DNA of 64,000 nucleotides from the human T2T-CHM13v2.0 reference genome, Homo sapiens, in NCBI RefSeq assembly GCF_009914755.1, contig NC_060938.1. One strand, 5' to 3'. Below are positions 36,151 to 59,258 of the stretch, in pieces; position 1 is the first letter of the stretch; every line of letters begins with the position of its first letter. Under the pieces are notes generated by a model. The model was not told the origin of the DNA, ran no database searches, and was given only the letters and a program-made list of their open reading frames with translations. The position numbers and the translations under genes were made by a program.

Positions 36151-38420
36151 CGCCTCTCCAGGAAGCTTCCATTCCTGCCACAATCCAGAAACTGGGGAAA
36201 CCATAAGATGCCCCTATGTTTGGCTCCAGGACCATATTCCCCTAGGCAAGACAAATAACAGCAAAATGAATATCCTATGACATGAGGTCTAGGGGTGAGA
36301 CTCTGAGGCTTCTGTTACTGCCGCCTCAGAAATGCTGACCATCTCCCTGTCTGGGCTTGCTAGTGGAAAACGAGGGAAGCAACAATGACAGATTCTACCT
36401 CATTTTTCCCATCCAACTGTCACCAGAGGGTGTCTGTTGGAGGGGCACACTCCATGGAGCCCATGGCAGCTGCTTATCTAATCCACAGCCTCAACCCAGC
36501 CCTGTCAGTACTGAACCAGATTTTCATTTCCACCAGTTTGACTCATGGGCCTCACTTGGTCTGAATTTGGTGTGTGTATGTGTGGGGGGAGGGATGGGCT
36601 ATCATTCGTGGTCCTCCTCAACAACCCCACCACAAAAGCACAGAAGCCACAAAGAAAGACTGACAGACCTGACTACACAAAAATTCCAAACTTCTGATCA
36701 GTTAAGAGAACCACAGTGAACAAACTGAGGGACGCTTCTTGCAACACACATCCCAAAACGATGGACAGATTCAACCATAAGCATTTAAGACTTTTACTCA
36801 GCAAAGACTCCACCAGGAACTCTGAATTTGCAAAAAAAATATATATACATTTGCAATATACATAATGGAAGAAATGACAGATTTATCCATGTAAAAATTA
36901 AAAATATCTCATGGCAAAAGACATTATAGACAAACATAGCCAGTGCAACCTGTTCTACCAGCTTGGGGTACAAATAAGGTCACATATTTTTGTTCTTCAT
37001 AGGAGCCCCACCCACTCCCAGTGCTGGAAAGGGAACTCTATTCCCTCTCTGGGTGAGCTCACACAGAGCACAGCCTCTGTGCAGAGCAGCGCCACTGCCC
37101 CCACCGACATCTTCAGACGTGTTCACTCTTGACACGGTACACCCACAGTGATAGAGCCATCCCTCAAAAAAACCTGCACACAGGCGGCTCCACAGCAACA
37201 GCTTGAAATGTCCGTCACTGGGGCACCGGGAGAATGTTCTGTGCACAGGTGCTTCCTGACAACGGAATCCTTGCTGTGGTTGGGAAGACTGGAGTGGACC
37301 CCTAGGCCCCAGGCAAAAGGCTGGTTTCTCCTGCCCAAGACGCCTGAACAGGCAGGGCCGAGAGCTCTGTTTATAACCCCAAGCGCCAGAAGTGCTGATT
37401 TTCTAAAATAAGGGTAAAATGCATAGCCAAGTTGGGAGGTCAGAAGGAGGGATGGGGCCAAATGCAGATGAGCCGATGTGGAACCGCAGGGGCAGGGCTG
37501 TCGGACCCAGCTGCGTCTGGGAGGTACTGGGCTCTGGGGACACAGCCAGGCCACAGGCTCTGCCCAGACAGGGACTGGAACTGGGCTCTGCACAAGGCTG
37601 GGCCTGTGAGGGTCTGTCCCGCAGGAAGGGGGACAAGAGAGGGCAGAGGCGCCCAGCAGGGGCACCCTTCCAGAGTTGGCATAGCATCCTTGAGAATCCT
37701 GTCTGCTCTGGGGAGGCTCATGTGCTTCTTGTCCATGTATGTGCTCACAGGACATTTGGAGACCAAATTCATGCCAAGGAGAGAGGTGCGGGCCTGGGAC
37801 CTCTCCCCCTTGTGTGCAGGTGGGAGCTTCATGCTGAGTGACCCGGAAAGGGGTCAGGATGCTCTGTCAGCTCTGTGGCCATGGCCATCCATGTAGCCCT
37901 TTTATGCATTTCTTACCTGCAAAATGGGAATCATAAGAGTATCACCAGCAAAACACCTGTGGTGCTGCGGGTTAAGTGAATTATTTTTGCAAAGTTTTCA
38001 GAGCAAGATCTGGCATAGAGTGAACACTGTGAAGCATTTGTTAAAGGAATGAAGAAATATGACGTGGTTAGCTAGTCTCTGAGGCCGAGCTCTGGAGTAA
38101 AATTCCTTTCCCCATTCAGAGGAAAGGATCCACCCACTAAGAGGTGGGAACATCTACAAGGCATAGAGGTGCAGGGATGAGCTACACAGGACAAAACCGT
38201 TCCAGTATCCCATTCACTAAGCCCTCTCATTCTTTCTCAGCTACACCAGAGGTGTGCTGGCGTCTTGACCTCAGTCAGTGAGGGCCACTGAGTGCATGTC
38301 TCGGCTGTCTAACCAAGCAAACCAGTGACCCCTCCTCACTGGTGAGCAATCACCCACAGGCCAGCAGCTCCAATAAGGAAATACACATGGATAAGCGTGA
38401 CCGGATCCACCCTTGGAAGC

Positions 38421-38772
38421 TGCTATGGACTGAATATTTGAATCCCCCCAAATTCATATGTTGAAGTCTTCACCTCCAAGGTGATAGCCTTAGGAGGTGA
38501 GTTGGGGAGGTGAATACATCATAAGGGCACAGCCTTCATGAGTGGGTTTAGTGCCTTTTAAAAGAGGCCCTAGGAAGCTGTTCACCCTTGGCCACGTGAG
38601 GACAGAGTGAGAAGGCACTGTCTATGAAGAACAAGCCCTCAACAGACACGGAATCTGCCAGCATTTTGATCTCAGACTTTCAGCCTCCAAAACTGTGAAC
38701 AATAAATATCTGTTGTTTATAAACCATTTAGTCTATGGTAGCCTCTTAAAGCAGACCAAACAGACGAAGAGA
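38421..38772 (+). mobile_element. MaLR LTR (MLT1A/MST-like)
   Basis: tgctatggactgaat...ccccaaattcatatgttgaa; cagcctccaaaactgtga; aataaa. Confidence 0.8.
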
Positions 38773-38979
38773 GAAGCCATCCCCACACTCAACCCAAGAG
38801 TTTCTACCCATATGAATTTTGGGGTGTCAACCATCTCTCATTGGGTTTAGACTTTATATGTGTCCCCATGGGGCATGCTGGGCTCTGCCTTGAGTTACGA
38901 ATCTAGAGGCAAAAAGGGATGCTGAGGCTGTTGTGAGAAGGGAGAATCCCCCAGCAAACAACTGCCTTGGGGGAGGTGA

Positions 38980-39610
38980 TTACAGGGCAGGCATGAAGTT
39001 AGGGGGTGCATTCTGCAAGACTGCCCTTATTTCTGACACCCACTGTAGGTTTGGAGGGTTCCCAAGATCACTCTGTGGTTCAACAATTTACCAGAAGGGC
39101 CCACAGAACTCACTGAAAGCTGTTATACTCGTGTTTATGGTTGATTACAGCAAAAAGATATGGATTAAAAGCAGCCAAAGAAAGAGACACTGGGGTCAGG
39201 GGCCAGCAGACACCATGTGCAAGCTTCTAGGTGTCCTCTCCCTACAGAGCTGTAGATGGTGTGACTTCTTGGTATTGATGTGTGACAGTCTGCATGGAGT
39301 ATGGCCAAGCAGGGAAGCTCACTTGAGCCTCAGTGTCCAAAGTCTTTATTGGACTCCATGGTTGATTGCCTTTGTGGCCAACCTCAGTCTCTGGTCCCTC
39401 TGGACATTAGGCAATCCCATGTGACCTGAGACTCCCACCATAAATCACATTGTAAGCGTAGACTCTCTGGTGTGGCCCAAAACCTCCACAGAAACAAAGA
39501 CCCTCTTATTAGGCTGGACATCCTAAGGACCTGGAGATTAGCACCCAGGAGCTGAAGGCAAAGACCGGACTTCCTGTTGGGCAAGGTTAAAAATCTGTAC
39601 CACTCACCTG
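38980..39610 (-). mobile_element. MER21-like LTR
   Basis: cacagaactcactgaaagctgttatactc...gattacagc motif. Confidence 0.6.
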
Positions 39611-40289
39611 TCAAGCAAAGGAAGGCCAGTCTACAAAGGAAGGCCAGTGTAGACACAGTCTACACAGGGGAGGAGAGGCTACTTTGCTAGCCAGGGAGTC
39701 TGGAGGGCGGTTGGAAGTTCAAGTTCATCAGACTCATTCCAACCCAGGTAATATTCTCATTCTGATTCTCAGGACCCTATTCTTCTCCAGATGATGCAAA
39801 CTTTCACATACATGACCTGGTGAGGCTCTAGATTCAGCTTTCCTTGGACTTCTGCAACCTCCAAGGCCAATTTGGGGTGACTTTCAACTAAGTCAGTGCT
39901 GAGGCTACACGAGGTAAGTGGTTAGGGCCACGATAGATGCTCCATTTTTGGTCATTTGTAAATGAAGACGTTTGGCAATAGGATTGGCACTGACTTTCAT
40001 TAAGTTCCCCAGTGCAGGCATCAGCAGCTGCCCAATCCTCATTCCTCATAGTCATCATTCACACCTGTGCTAAAAAGGTGAGAGCAATGGCCACATTTCT
40101 TCACCATCCCCGGATCCACACTCTGTACCACGTGGCCTTGCAATGCTTCCTACCAACAGGGGTAGTCTCTTTCCCCATGTCTTGTATCTGGTGCGTGGAC
40201 CCCAGAACTGTGTCCACAGAGTGTGTTAGACACGTCACGTAACAGTCCCAGGACTGGATCTCAAGACCCCTTGAGCAAGTGCAGTCCTG

Positions 40290-41685
40290 TCCACTGAAAA
40301 TTACAAAATGTTGTTGAAAGAAGATCTAAATGGAGAGACATCCCATGTTCATGGATTGGGCAACTCAACACGGTTAAGATAGCGATAATTCCCACATTCA
40401 TCTACAGATTGATTGTGGTCCTTACCAAAATTCCAGCTGGCTTTGTTTTGTTTTGTTTTGTTTGCTTTCCTAGAAATTGGCATGCCAATAAAGTACCCCA
40501 AATAGCCAATATAATCTTTAAAAAAGGTCAAAGCTGGAAGACTCACACGTCCTAATTTCAAAACTTACTACAAAGCCACAGTAATCAAGACAATGTGGTA
40601 CTAGAAATATGATAGACATACAGATAAACGGAAAAGAACTGAAAATCCATAAGTAATCTTTTACATTTATGGTCAATCGATTTTTCAACAAGGAGCCAGC
40701 CCAGAGAATGCAAGAAAACACTCAAATCTTATATATTCCCTAAAGGACTTATATTAACAATATGTGTTGCCTGTATCATACAACTAAGTAAGAAGACAAA
40801 CATCCCAATTTAAAATGGCTGAAAGATTTGAAGAGCTATTTCTCCAAAGGACATATTCAGATGCTTTCAGAAATGCTTGGCAACATTAGTTAATAGAGAA
40901 ATGCAAATTATAACCACAAGATACCACTAGGCACACCCTGGGGTGCCTGTAATCAGAAAGACGGATAAGAGTTGGAGAGGCTGTGGAGAAGCTGGAACCC
41001 TCGCGCATTGGTAACAGGAATGGAAAATGGTGCAGCAACTGCTTTGGAGACAGTTTGGCAGGTTCTTGGATTGTTAAACATAGAGTCACCATATGGCCCA
41101 GCAATCCCACTCCTAGGTATCCACCCAAGAGAAATGGAAACATATCTGCACACAGAAACTTGTACATGAATATTTATAGCAGCTTTATTCATAGTAGCCT
41201 CCAAACTGGAAATAACCCAAGTGTCTATCCACTGGTGAATGGAGAAACAGTGTGGTCTATTCATGCAGTGGGATATGATATGGCAATAAAAAGGAACAAA
41301 GTTCTGATACATGGAATAACATCACATTATGCTGAGTGGAAGCCATCAGACACAAAAGACCACAGATCTTGTGATCCCACTGATACAAAATGTCTGGAAA
41401 AGGCAAATCTACAGAGACAGGAAATGAATGGAATGGTTCAGTCCCCGGGGACCATGGGTGGGAACAGGGAGTGACTGCAAGGGTGTGCAGCCTCCTTTTG
41501 GGGTGACGGAGGTGTTCTAAGCTTAGCGTCGTTACCATTGCATGACTCTCCATTTGTGAAAAGTAATTGAATTGTATGCCAGAAATGAGTGCATTTTATC
41601 AGACGGGATCAGGCGCGTTCAGGGTGGTATGGCCGTAGATAAGAGTGTATTTTATGGTATGTGAAATATATGTTAATAAAGCTGG
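40290..41685 (+). mobile_element. L1M (L1MB/MC-like) ORF2 end and 3' UTR
   Basis: catcccatgttcatggattgg, caaaacttactacaaagc, ccagcaatcccactcctaggtat. Confidence 0.85.
41598..41640 (-). pseudogene. 5S rRNA 5' fragment (nt 1-43), tailless retrocopy
   Basis: Reverse complement ATCTACGGCCATACCACCCTGAACGCGCCTGATCCCGTCTGAT matches the human 5S 5' end at 40/43; flanked by atgagtgcatttt / aagagtgtatttt. Confidence 0.92.
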
Positions 41686-42629
41686 AAAGAAAGACAGGAA
41701 GGAAAGAGAGAAAGAAGAAGACAGGGCAGCGGTGATCACTCCTCCCTCTGTTCCTGCCGTGCTGCTATGGGAACGAGCCCAGGCTAGAGTGCTGGAGGAT
41801 GAGAGGCATTGTGGCCCGGTCACTCCCATTGCCCCAGCTGACCTTCAGCCACCCCCAGAGGTGATAGTGAGACCACCCTAAACTAGTCAACCCTCAACTG
41901 ACCTGCCAGGTGGCCACAGGCTCATAAGCAAGCTCAGCAAAGACCAGGTCCAGATCAGCAGAACCCCAGCTGAGCCAGAGCCTTTCAAGCAACAGTAAGT
42001 GCCCACTTAATGTCTTCAGCCACGGAGGTGCACGGCTGTGACACAGCTCTGGCTAACTGATGTGCCACCCCAACAGCCTATCGCAGCATTTCATTGCAGA
42101 CAACGCCAGGTGGTAATTTGGGTGAATGTTCGCAGGGGTGATACAGGCCATCGCATTCCATTTTCCATCAGAATGAGGCCATCACCACGTTCGAGCCCAG
42201 TCTTGTGAACCAACCCCAGATTATCATAGAGTCGGACTCCGTTTTTGCTCTTTGACTGCTGACAACTTTCAGGTAAGCCCCTCCCCAGCAACCTTTTGCC
42301 CTGCGTCTGAGCAAGCCAATAAGAAATCCTGTGTTGTCTCTCCCTTGGCAGGAAGTTCAAACCGCTCAAGCTCCAGCCCCGGCCCCGGCCCCAATAAATA
42401 TCAAAGCAATGCACGCCCTCTTTGCTCAGCCATTCGGGACTGCTTGTGCCTGCCCTGCCTCCTCAGAAAGCTCATTATCTGAGCAACACAACTTCCCATA
42501 CACTCTGAGGGTGTGAGCCTTCTTCAGTCTCAACATCTGGACCCCTGGGTGAAGCAACTGCAGAATGCAGGTCGGGATTCTCCACAGAGCACAGATCAGA
42601 GTCCTTCTCTTGGATGCACTCCTGATGCT

Positions 42630-43120
42630 CAGTGTGGATCAGCTCGGGTGCAGACAGGAAACAGAAACCACTCTGCGTGTTTCTAACAGAAAGGGTTTAA
42701 TACAGAGAATCTGTACAGAATACAAGGGGATAGGGGTGTTGCTCAAAGACCCTGACCCATGGGAAGTAGCTACGACGCCTGTAGGAACCTGAGCTAGACA
42801 TCCCACCTGCTGCACAGCCACGACCAGGGATGGGCTTTGGGTGGCCTCCACCCTGCAAATCCTCCATCATCTGAGCCTGAGCTCCTCTGCTACAACGTCA
42901 CTTTGAGACAGCTGCTGCTGCTGCCAAGGTCAAAAGCAGAGTGGTCCTTCCTAGCCCCTGCATTCTAACCCCACATAAGTGCCTCCAAGTACAGAACCCC
43001 ATGGAAATCCATCTGGCAGTGGGTCTGGGGAATGTAGTTTTCAGACTTCTAGCCCCAGTGGTATGGAGGAGAGTGAGAAGAGCTGGTAAGGGCTGAGTAG
43101 CCAGAAACAACACCTGCTAT
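42630..43120 (-). mobile_element. Old ERVL-type LTR (LTR33/LTR16-like)
   Basis: aacagaaaccactctg...gggtttaatacag and ctggggaatgtagttt motifs. Confidence 0.5.
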
Positions 43121-43319
43121 AAATCCTACAGCCACACAGGCAGAAAAATCAAGTTACCACAAGGAGTGAAACAACACTGACCACAAGCTTCTCCACAGCA
43201 ATATGCAAGGCTGAAGGACAGCAGTGATTGAAGCATTTTATACCTGTCTTTTCAAACATGTCAGAATCCAGGTATTAGGGCACCTATGAGTTCTTATTTC
43301 TCACACACACAGTTGGAAA

Positions 43320-44340
<1,021 letters not shown>

Positions 44341-45198
44341 TATTTCCAGAGGAGAGGAAGAAGGATGAGGAAGGTGAGGTCTCCCTGCCCCTCTAGCTGC
44401 TCAGGTTAGGATGCACTTGGTCAGGAAAGGCCGCTGTAAGGAGGGCCCCTCTGTTTCCCATGCTTGGGCCCTGAGGGGCTGCTCGGCCAGGGAACCGCGT
44501 GCGGAGAAAATTGACACTGAGCATCAGCTGCACTTCAATAATTTGGTTGAACTGCACGGAATTGCTGACAGGTGGCTGTTTTGACGAAAAAGAGGCAATT
44601 TCATACCATTCAATCAAGCAGGATGAAAGGCCGCCCAGCTGCGGAGGTTAGGTGGGTGAGCAGAATGCGATGGACTGGGCCCTGGCCAGCAAGGACTGAC
44701 AGGAGGGCGAGAACCAGGTGGGGGAAGTCGCCTCCTCGTCCCTCACTATGGAGTTGCTTGACTCTGTCCAAAGTCCATTAGTTCAATGCCTGCAGCCATT
44801 TGTATTTAGACAACGGCACAAAAAGTGTCCTTTAACATGACACTCCATGCTATAGGACAGGAACTCACACAGAACCCTCTTTCCATTTGTTGACACTCAG
44901 ATAAATCGCCCACAGGATGCCTGGAAAAGCCGTGAGGATGACGCTCGTAGTGCAGAGCCAGGTGCAGGACCGGGAGCTGTTTCACAGACAGCCCCATGGC
45001 TCTGCCCCAAATCCCACAGCCTGCCTAGCGGGATGGGGAAGACAGGAATGCCCGTACTGTAGTAGAAGTCAGCAGCTCTTTTTGGAAGTAGTTTGGCAGC
45101 GCTTATTCAAAATGCTTCATTGTCCTGCAACCCGGCAATTTCATGTCTAGGAAACAGCAGGTTGGCTTGGATGACTCAGGCAACACCTCCATCATTAG

Positions 45199-45698
<500 letters not shown>

Positions 45699-45988
45699 TA
45701 AGGATAAATTTGACAAAAGAGACGTCAGGTGTATAAACTGAAAACTACGAAGCATGAACTGCACACCTAAAGATGGTTAGGATGGTACATCTTATAGTAT
45801 GTGATTTTACCACAATAAAAAATTAAATAGAATAAAAGGACAGAAAACAAAACAAAAATCCCAAAATATTAACTGTGGTTGTTTCTGAGTAGTGGGATGA
45901 TGGATTTTTCCCCCTTAGTTTCTGTATTTTGTCCTTTTCAAATCCTCTCTAATGCACAAGTGTTACTTTTGCAAAACAAAGTAGCAAA

Positions 45989-52280
<6,292 letters not shown>

Positions 52281-52339
52281 TGAGTACAGAAAAAGGGGAA
52301 AAATAGTACAATTAATATAAAAATAGGCCGTCTCAAAAA

Positions 52340-54110
<1,771 letters not shown>

Positions 54111-57100
54111 ACAAGCACAGATCGTATCGTATGGACTGCACCTTGCCTAAAAAAATTTCAATTGTGATAAATACACATAAAATATCTCTCTTAACCATTT
54201 TTTTTTTTTATATGCAGTCTCGCTCTTTCGCCCAGGCTGGAGTGCAGCGGCCCCATTTCAGCAATCTGCGGCAATGTGCTTGCTCCGTGAACCTGCGCAC
54301 TGCCCTGCGAGGCCCCACAGCCCGGTGGCCTCCCCCGTGGTGGCCTTGTCTGGTGCCTGGTCCATGCCATGCGTGGCTGTGCAGCTGCAGCCCTCCTAGG
54401 CCTGGGACCCTCGCGGCTGGCGCTCCAGGTCGCTGCACCGAAGGGCACCTGCATTGGAAACTAGTGGCTTTGCCGGGCGCCTTCCCAAGGGACTGGTGCA
54501 TTTGCCTTCCTTCTGCAGGGTCTGCACCCCACCCCCATCCCACCATCCACAGTGGGCAGGGGCGCTCGTTCTGAGGGGCTCGCCGCACTAGCTCACCACA
54601 CAGTCCGTTCTCTTTCCCCCTCGGCGGGGCATCTGCCTGTGGCTTCGGAAGGTTTCCGTTTCCCCAGGCCTTACCGTGGCGCCAGGTTCCCAGCCTGCAG
54701 CCGGTGGGCCCCTCGCTTGGCCGGCTCGGGTCTTCACTTAGCTCAGAGAAATGCTCTCTTTCATGTAATGTTCTCACCTCCGTCTGTCCCTCCCTTTCCC
54801 TCTGCAGCTCCTGGTACTCAGAGGCTGTGTCCCGAGTCTCCTCTCCCCGTCCCCGGCTCCAGGCCCTCGTGTGAGTCTCGGCACCCGCTCCCTTCCCCCA
54901 ACCCCCGCGCCGTTCTTCTGTTCTGCTGCCCGGTTGATCTTTGGGACCTCAGGGATCTAGCTCCGGAAAGCCATTTTGTGCCGCACTTTGATCACGTCAA
55001 ATGAGCATCTTTGACGATGAGCCAAGCGCCTGGCCACTCCTCTGCGCCTGCACGCTGTGGGTCCAGGCAGGGCCTATCTCTGGCTACCGAGCCCCTCAGG
55101 GCTGTTGTGGCCTCGGGGGCTCCTGGCCTCCATGATGAGTGTGTCCTTGCCAGCTGTCGGGGTCAGGCCCCCTTGGGCCACCCCAAACCTGTGATGGACA
55201 AGGAAGCGACCTGGCCATTCCATCAGAGCAAGGATGCCGGATGCTGCAGCCCCAGAGGCCTCTCGACAGCTTTTTCCAGCCCCTCCGTGCTTCTAGAATC
55301 CTCCTCACCATTTGGGCTTCCTTCTTCCGCAGAAGGCTTTCAAGCAGACGCTTCCTGGTCCCCAGTTCGACAGCAGGATAACAATATTGCTGCAGAACAG
55401 GTGACCCCCACAGGCCACACCTTCTAGCCTAGAGCGAGCTTCCTAGGGCCCCTGCCTCTGCCCCTACACGTGCTCCACAGCGCCACTCTGCCCAGAGGAG
55501 AAGCCCCCGGTGCCGCCTAGCTGCCGCCCTGGCCCCCTGGCCCAGAGCCGCACTGACACCACTGTCCCCAGCAAGCCCTCCCGTGGCTCCATGCCTCCTG
55601 CCGGCTGCCCTCCTCTCAGAACGCCACCCCAAGACTCACATCCTAGCCCCTGAATCCACCAGGGCTGGGGAACCATGAGGAATGTCACAGGGCAGGTCCC
55701 ATCCTCCCGGGCCTCAGTTTCCCCTTTTGTATAAAGGTCTTCAAGTCCTGGCATCCAGATGCTGTCCATCCGAGACCTCACAGGTCCCTGCTGACCTCAG
55801 GGGCTCCTTGGAAGACCCTGGGTCTGGGGGTCTGATGGGGAAGGGGTGAGCCCTGTGGGTCTTGGGACAGCTGGAGTTGGGCCTGTGGCCACCATGAGGC
55901 CCACACCACCCAGCTGCTGCTGCCTGGCCTGCAGGGGTTAATGGGTCTGGCCCCCCCAGGGACCAGGCTCCTTTGTGGAGCCTCCTCTCTGCACCCTGGG
56001 GCCTGGTTTCTTCGGAGACGCAGCTGTCAGAGCTGTCGCCAAGCAGAACCAGCAGACGCAGTCCCAGGGGCCGAACAGCAAGGACGCAGCAGGGGACCCT
56101 GGCAGCAGTGGGTGCGGGAGGTGCTGCTTCACCACCTGAGAGGGGCTCTGCACCCACAGCAGGCCCCTGCCATGACTTGGTCCCAGGCTGGGTCAGACAG
56201 CGCGGTCAGGACGCACCCCTCGGGCCAGGCCAGGCAGGGCCGACCCTTTGCTCCCTGCTCTGACGGTGCAGAATGAGAAGAGGCAGGAGTCTCCGGGGCA
56301 TGTGCGCACATGGCCCCGCCCACGCCGTCTAGCCTGCAGGTTGGCCTTTGTGCACAGGTCACTCTGCCTGGAAAGTGGTGGCAGGGGTGGTGGCACGGCT
56401 CCCTGTAACCCTCTGCCTGAGTGAGCGCCTGCTGCCCAGGGCCGCCTCAGCCAGGCACCCCCCGGGGCTGCAGTGGCCACCTCAAAGTTCCCTCTGCATC
56501 CAGACCCTTCCCATCCGAGCCACAAAGCCAACAGCCATGTAGCCTCTGGGCCCAGCTGGGAGCAGCTCCAAAGTGTGGGGAACAGGCCCTGCCCCGCCAG
56601 TCGCCGGCACATGCCTCGGAGCCTGGTGTCCCCCAAGCTCACTGCCCACCAGGCTTGGGGAGGCCCAGGTGCTCATTTTGGGGACATGTGCCCCAGTGAC
56701 AGAGGAGCTCTCCCTCTGTACGGCAGGTCACAGCCCCAGACCTGTCAACAGGAAGAGCAAAGAGTGGAGGCAGCGGGGAGACTGGCCGTTGGGGGCCCCC
56801 GCTTCATGGCAGTGCAAGACACAGCGGGCTCCAGGAACTTGGCAGCCAGGACGGGTAGCAGGGCACGCCTGCGTGTCCTGAGGGGCAAACAGGAGTGGCA
56901 CAGGTCCCAAGCCCAGCGGCCAGAGTAGGGGTGACCACCGGGGTTCCTGCAGCCACAGCCAGAGGGGCCCCAGGGGCCTAGCACCAGCCTGGGGGTGCCA
57001 GGGAGCCTGCCTTTCTTCGCTAGATTTGCTGACCACACAGCGCCCTCTCTGGGGGCAGCCACTCACCCACCCACCCACCCACCCACAAGGGAACAAGGCT

Positions 57101-58827
57101 TTGGTGGCAGCAGGATGGACCCTGAGGCCTAACCCTCACTTGTGGACCCTGGCCTCTGCATAGCGGACTCTGTGAGGCAGGTGAGTGGCACTCAGGAGGT
57201 GTGGAGGTGGCCTAGGGTCTGAGGGCAGGGACTGCCAGGCTTACCCCAGGGGGTTGGGCCAGAACCTAGCCCGGCTTCATGACCACACCATGGGGGCAGT
57301 AGCACTGAGATGAAGAAGAGCCCCATCGTCTGCCCTGACATGGCGTGAGACAGCAAGCAGGAAGCCTGCTGGCCGGGCCTGGACCTCTTGACACTGCCAT
57401 CCACATGGGCTGGCCATGGCCAGGCACCAGCCAGGCCTGAAAAGGTGCAAGGTCCCCTAAGTGGGGGGTTATGACTGAGTATGGGGTGGAGGGAGGCCAT
57501 GAACTCCCAGTGGGCTCAGGACACTGGATGGCGAGCTCAGGGTGGGGGGCGGCAGGCCCGCCCACCATGGACACACGCAGGCAACTGCAGAGGCTCTCAG
57601 CTCAACCCATGCACACTTGGTGCATGAATGATCCCTGAGTGCCACCCCTCCACCTCCAACAGCCACACACCCTTACACGGGCATGGAGGCCAGACTACGT
57701 CCTGTGAGACTCCAAGCCAGATGCATCTCCCGGAGGTTACAGGGGCTTCCCCAGAATCTGGGGAACACATTGGCACAGCCAGAAAGGGCCAGGCCTGTGG
57801 GACACTTCCTGCAGAAGTAACTGGGCAACCCAGCCCCACCTATGACACCCGCTATACCTGCCGCACCTACTTACTGCTCACCCTATGCCTGATGGGCTCC
57901 TGTGGGCCTCAGGACAGCCCCTGCCAGGCCCTTGCCTGGGGCCCCCTCCTCAGCTGCTGATGCTATTTTCTATCTCTTGTCCTGGGGGGCAGCCTGGATC
58001 ATTTCTTCTCACCTGTCTTCTAGTTCACAAATTCTCTCTTTAGCAGTGTCTAAGCGTGGCTGCCAAACTACTTCTGGAGTGTTTGGTTTGAAGCCTGTAT
58101 TTTTTTTTCCATTTCTAGAAGTTCTACTTGGTGCTAGGTTGAAGTTTGGCCTATCAGCTTTTCCAAGCCATCTTTGAGCACAGCAAGCTTTTTACAATCC
58201 ATGTCTGAGAATTCCAGTACACTCGGATGCCTCTGCACACATTTCTCATGGCTTTCGATCATGGTGCCAGGTTCCCGTGTACTTGGTTTGATTGTGGTCT
58301 ACTCACTGACCTGGAAAACTCATTCATGAGGTGTACAGATGTCTAGGACAAAGGTGATTTGCATTTGGTTCTACCAGGAACCTAGGGAACTGCAAGTTAG
58401 GTACACACCGTTTAAAAGGAAACTCAAAGCCTGCCGTCTTTTTGGCCAACCTGGTGGTGGGAACATGGGCTTCAGGTCCACACGAGTCATGGTGTACACG
58501 ACTCCTCAGTGGCTGCCCTTCTGCCTGAACTGCCTGGCCAACCCCTTGGGGCCACGGCAGGAGGTGGGTTTAACCCTTGCCCCCACCCTGAGGGCACAAG
58601 CCTTGGGCTTGTGAGCAACTGATGGCAAGCAGGGTCTCCTACCAGCTCCTCTGTGTGTCCCTGCAGACCTGGCTCAATACAATGGAGAAGCCGATGGGAG
58701 GACTCCAGCCGGAGTGAGGGAGACCGCCCCTCTAGTGCACACCATAGCTCATTTGCATGGCTTCCTGGAGTCCACAGCAGCAGTGCTCAACAACAGACAT
58801 CCAGAGTAACTTCTGCAGCAACGAGCG

Positions 58828-59258
58828 GGTCTTAAGGAATTACCAGGTCAAAATTTTTATTCGTTCATTCATTTATTCATTTGTTCTGCCTGTGCAAGGC
58901 AGCCTCACTCCCAGGCTGTCAGCAGGACTTTTTTTTTCTCTTTTGTACAGATCTGGTTCTTGGCTTTGCTCCTTGACTCAGTTGACCTCCTACCCCTCAC
59001 AGCAGGGTAAAGACTTGCACATCACTGACAGGCGGCTCGGAGTCAGCCTTGGAGTCGGCCTTCCATGCCCAGCCCTGAGGCCACCATGCCACGTTCCAGT
59101 TGGCTCAAGCAGTGAGGGGCAAAACCAGCTCCAGGGCCAGGTGGAAGGGCTGCTTCTCTCCTGCCTCCATCAAATGCTGACCTTGCCTCTGAATGACCAA
59201 GCAAAACAAAGGAATAAATGAATGAATAAAAATTTTGACCTGTTAATTCCTTAAGACC
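58828..59258. repeat. Degenerate palindrome downstream of JAG2 with high-identity outer arms
   Basis: 58828-58889 matches the reverse complement of 59201-59258 at 55/58 plus one 4-nt indel; weaker symmetry continues inward. Confidence 0.9.
58856..58877 (-). terminator. JAG2: Two AATAAA hexamers, candidate distal JAG2 poly(A) signal
   Basis: tttatt at 58856-58861 and 58872-58877; GU-rich tgtctgttgttg downstream on minus (58788-58800). Confidence 0.55.

Noticed and set aside
41598-41640. Functional 5S rRNA gene
   Set aside because: Only 43 of about 120 nt, lacking the internal promoter and terminator.
57040-57053. Possible reverse CTCF site (CCCAGAGAGGGCGC)
   Set aside because: The 5' half deviates at three core positions; too weak without ChIP data.
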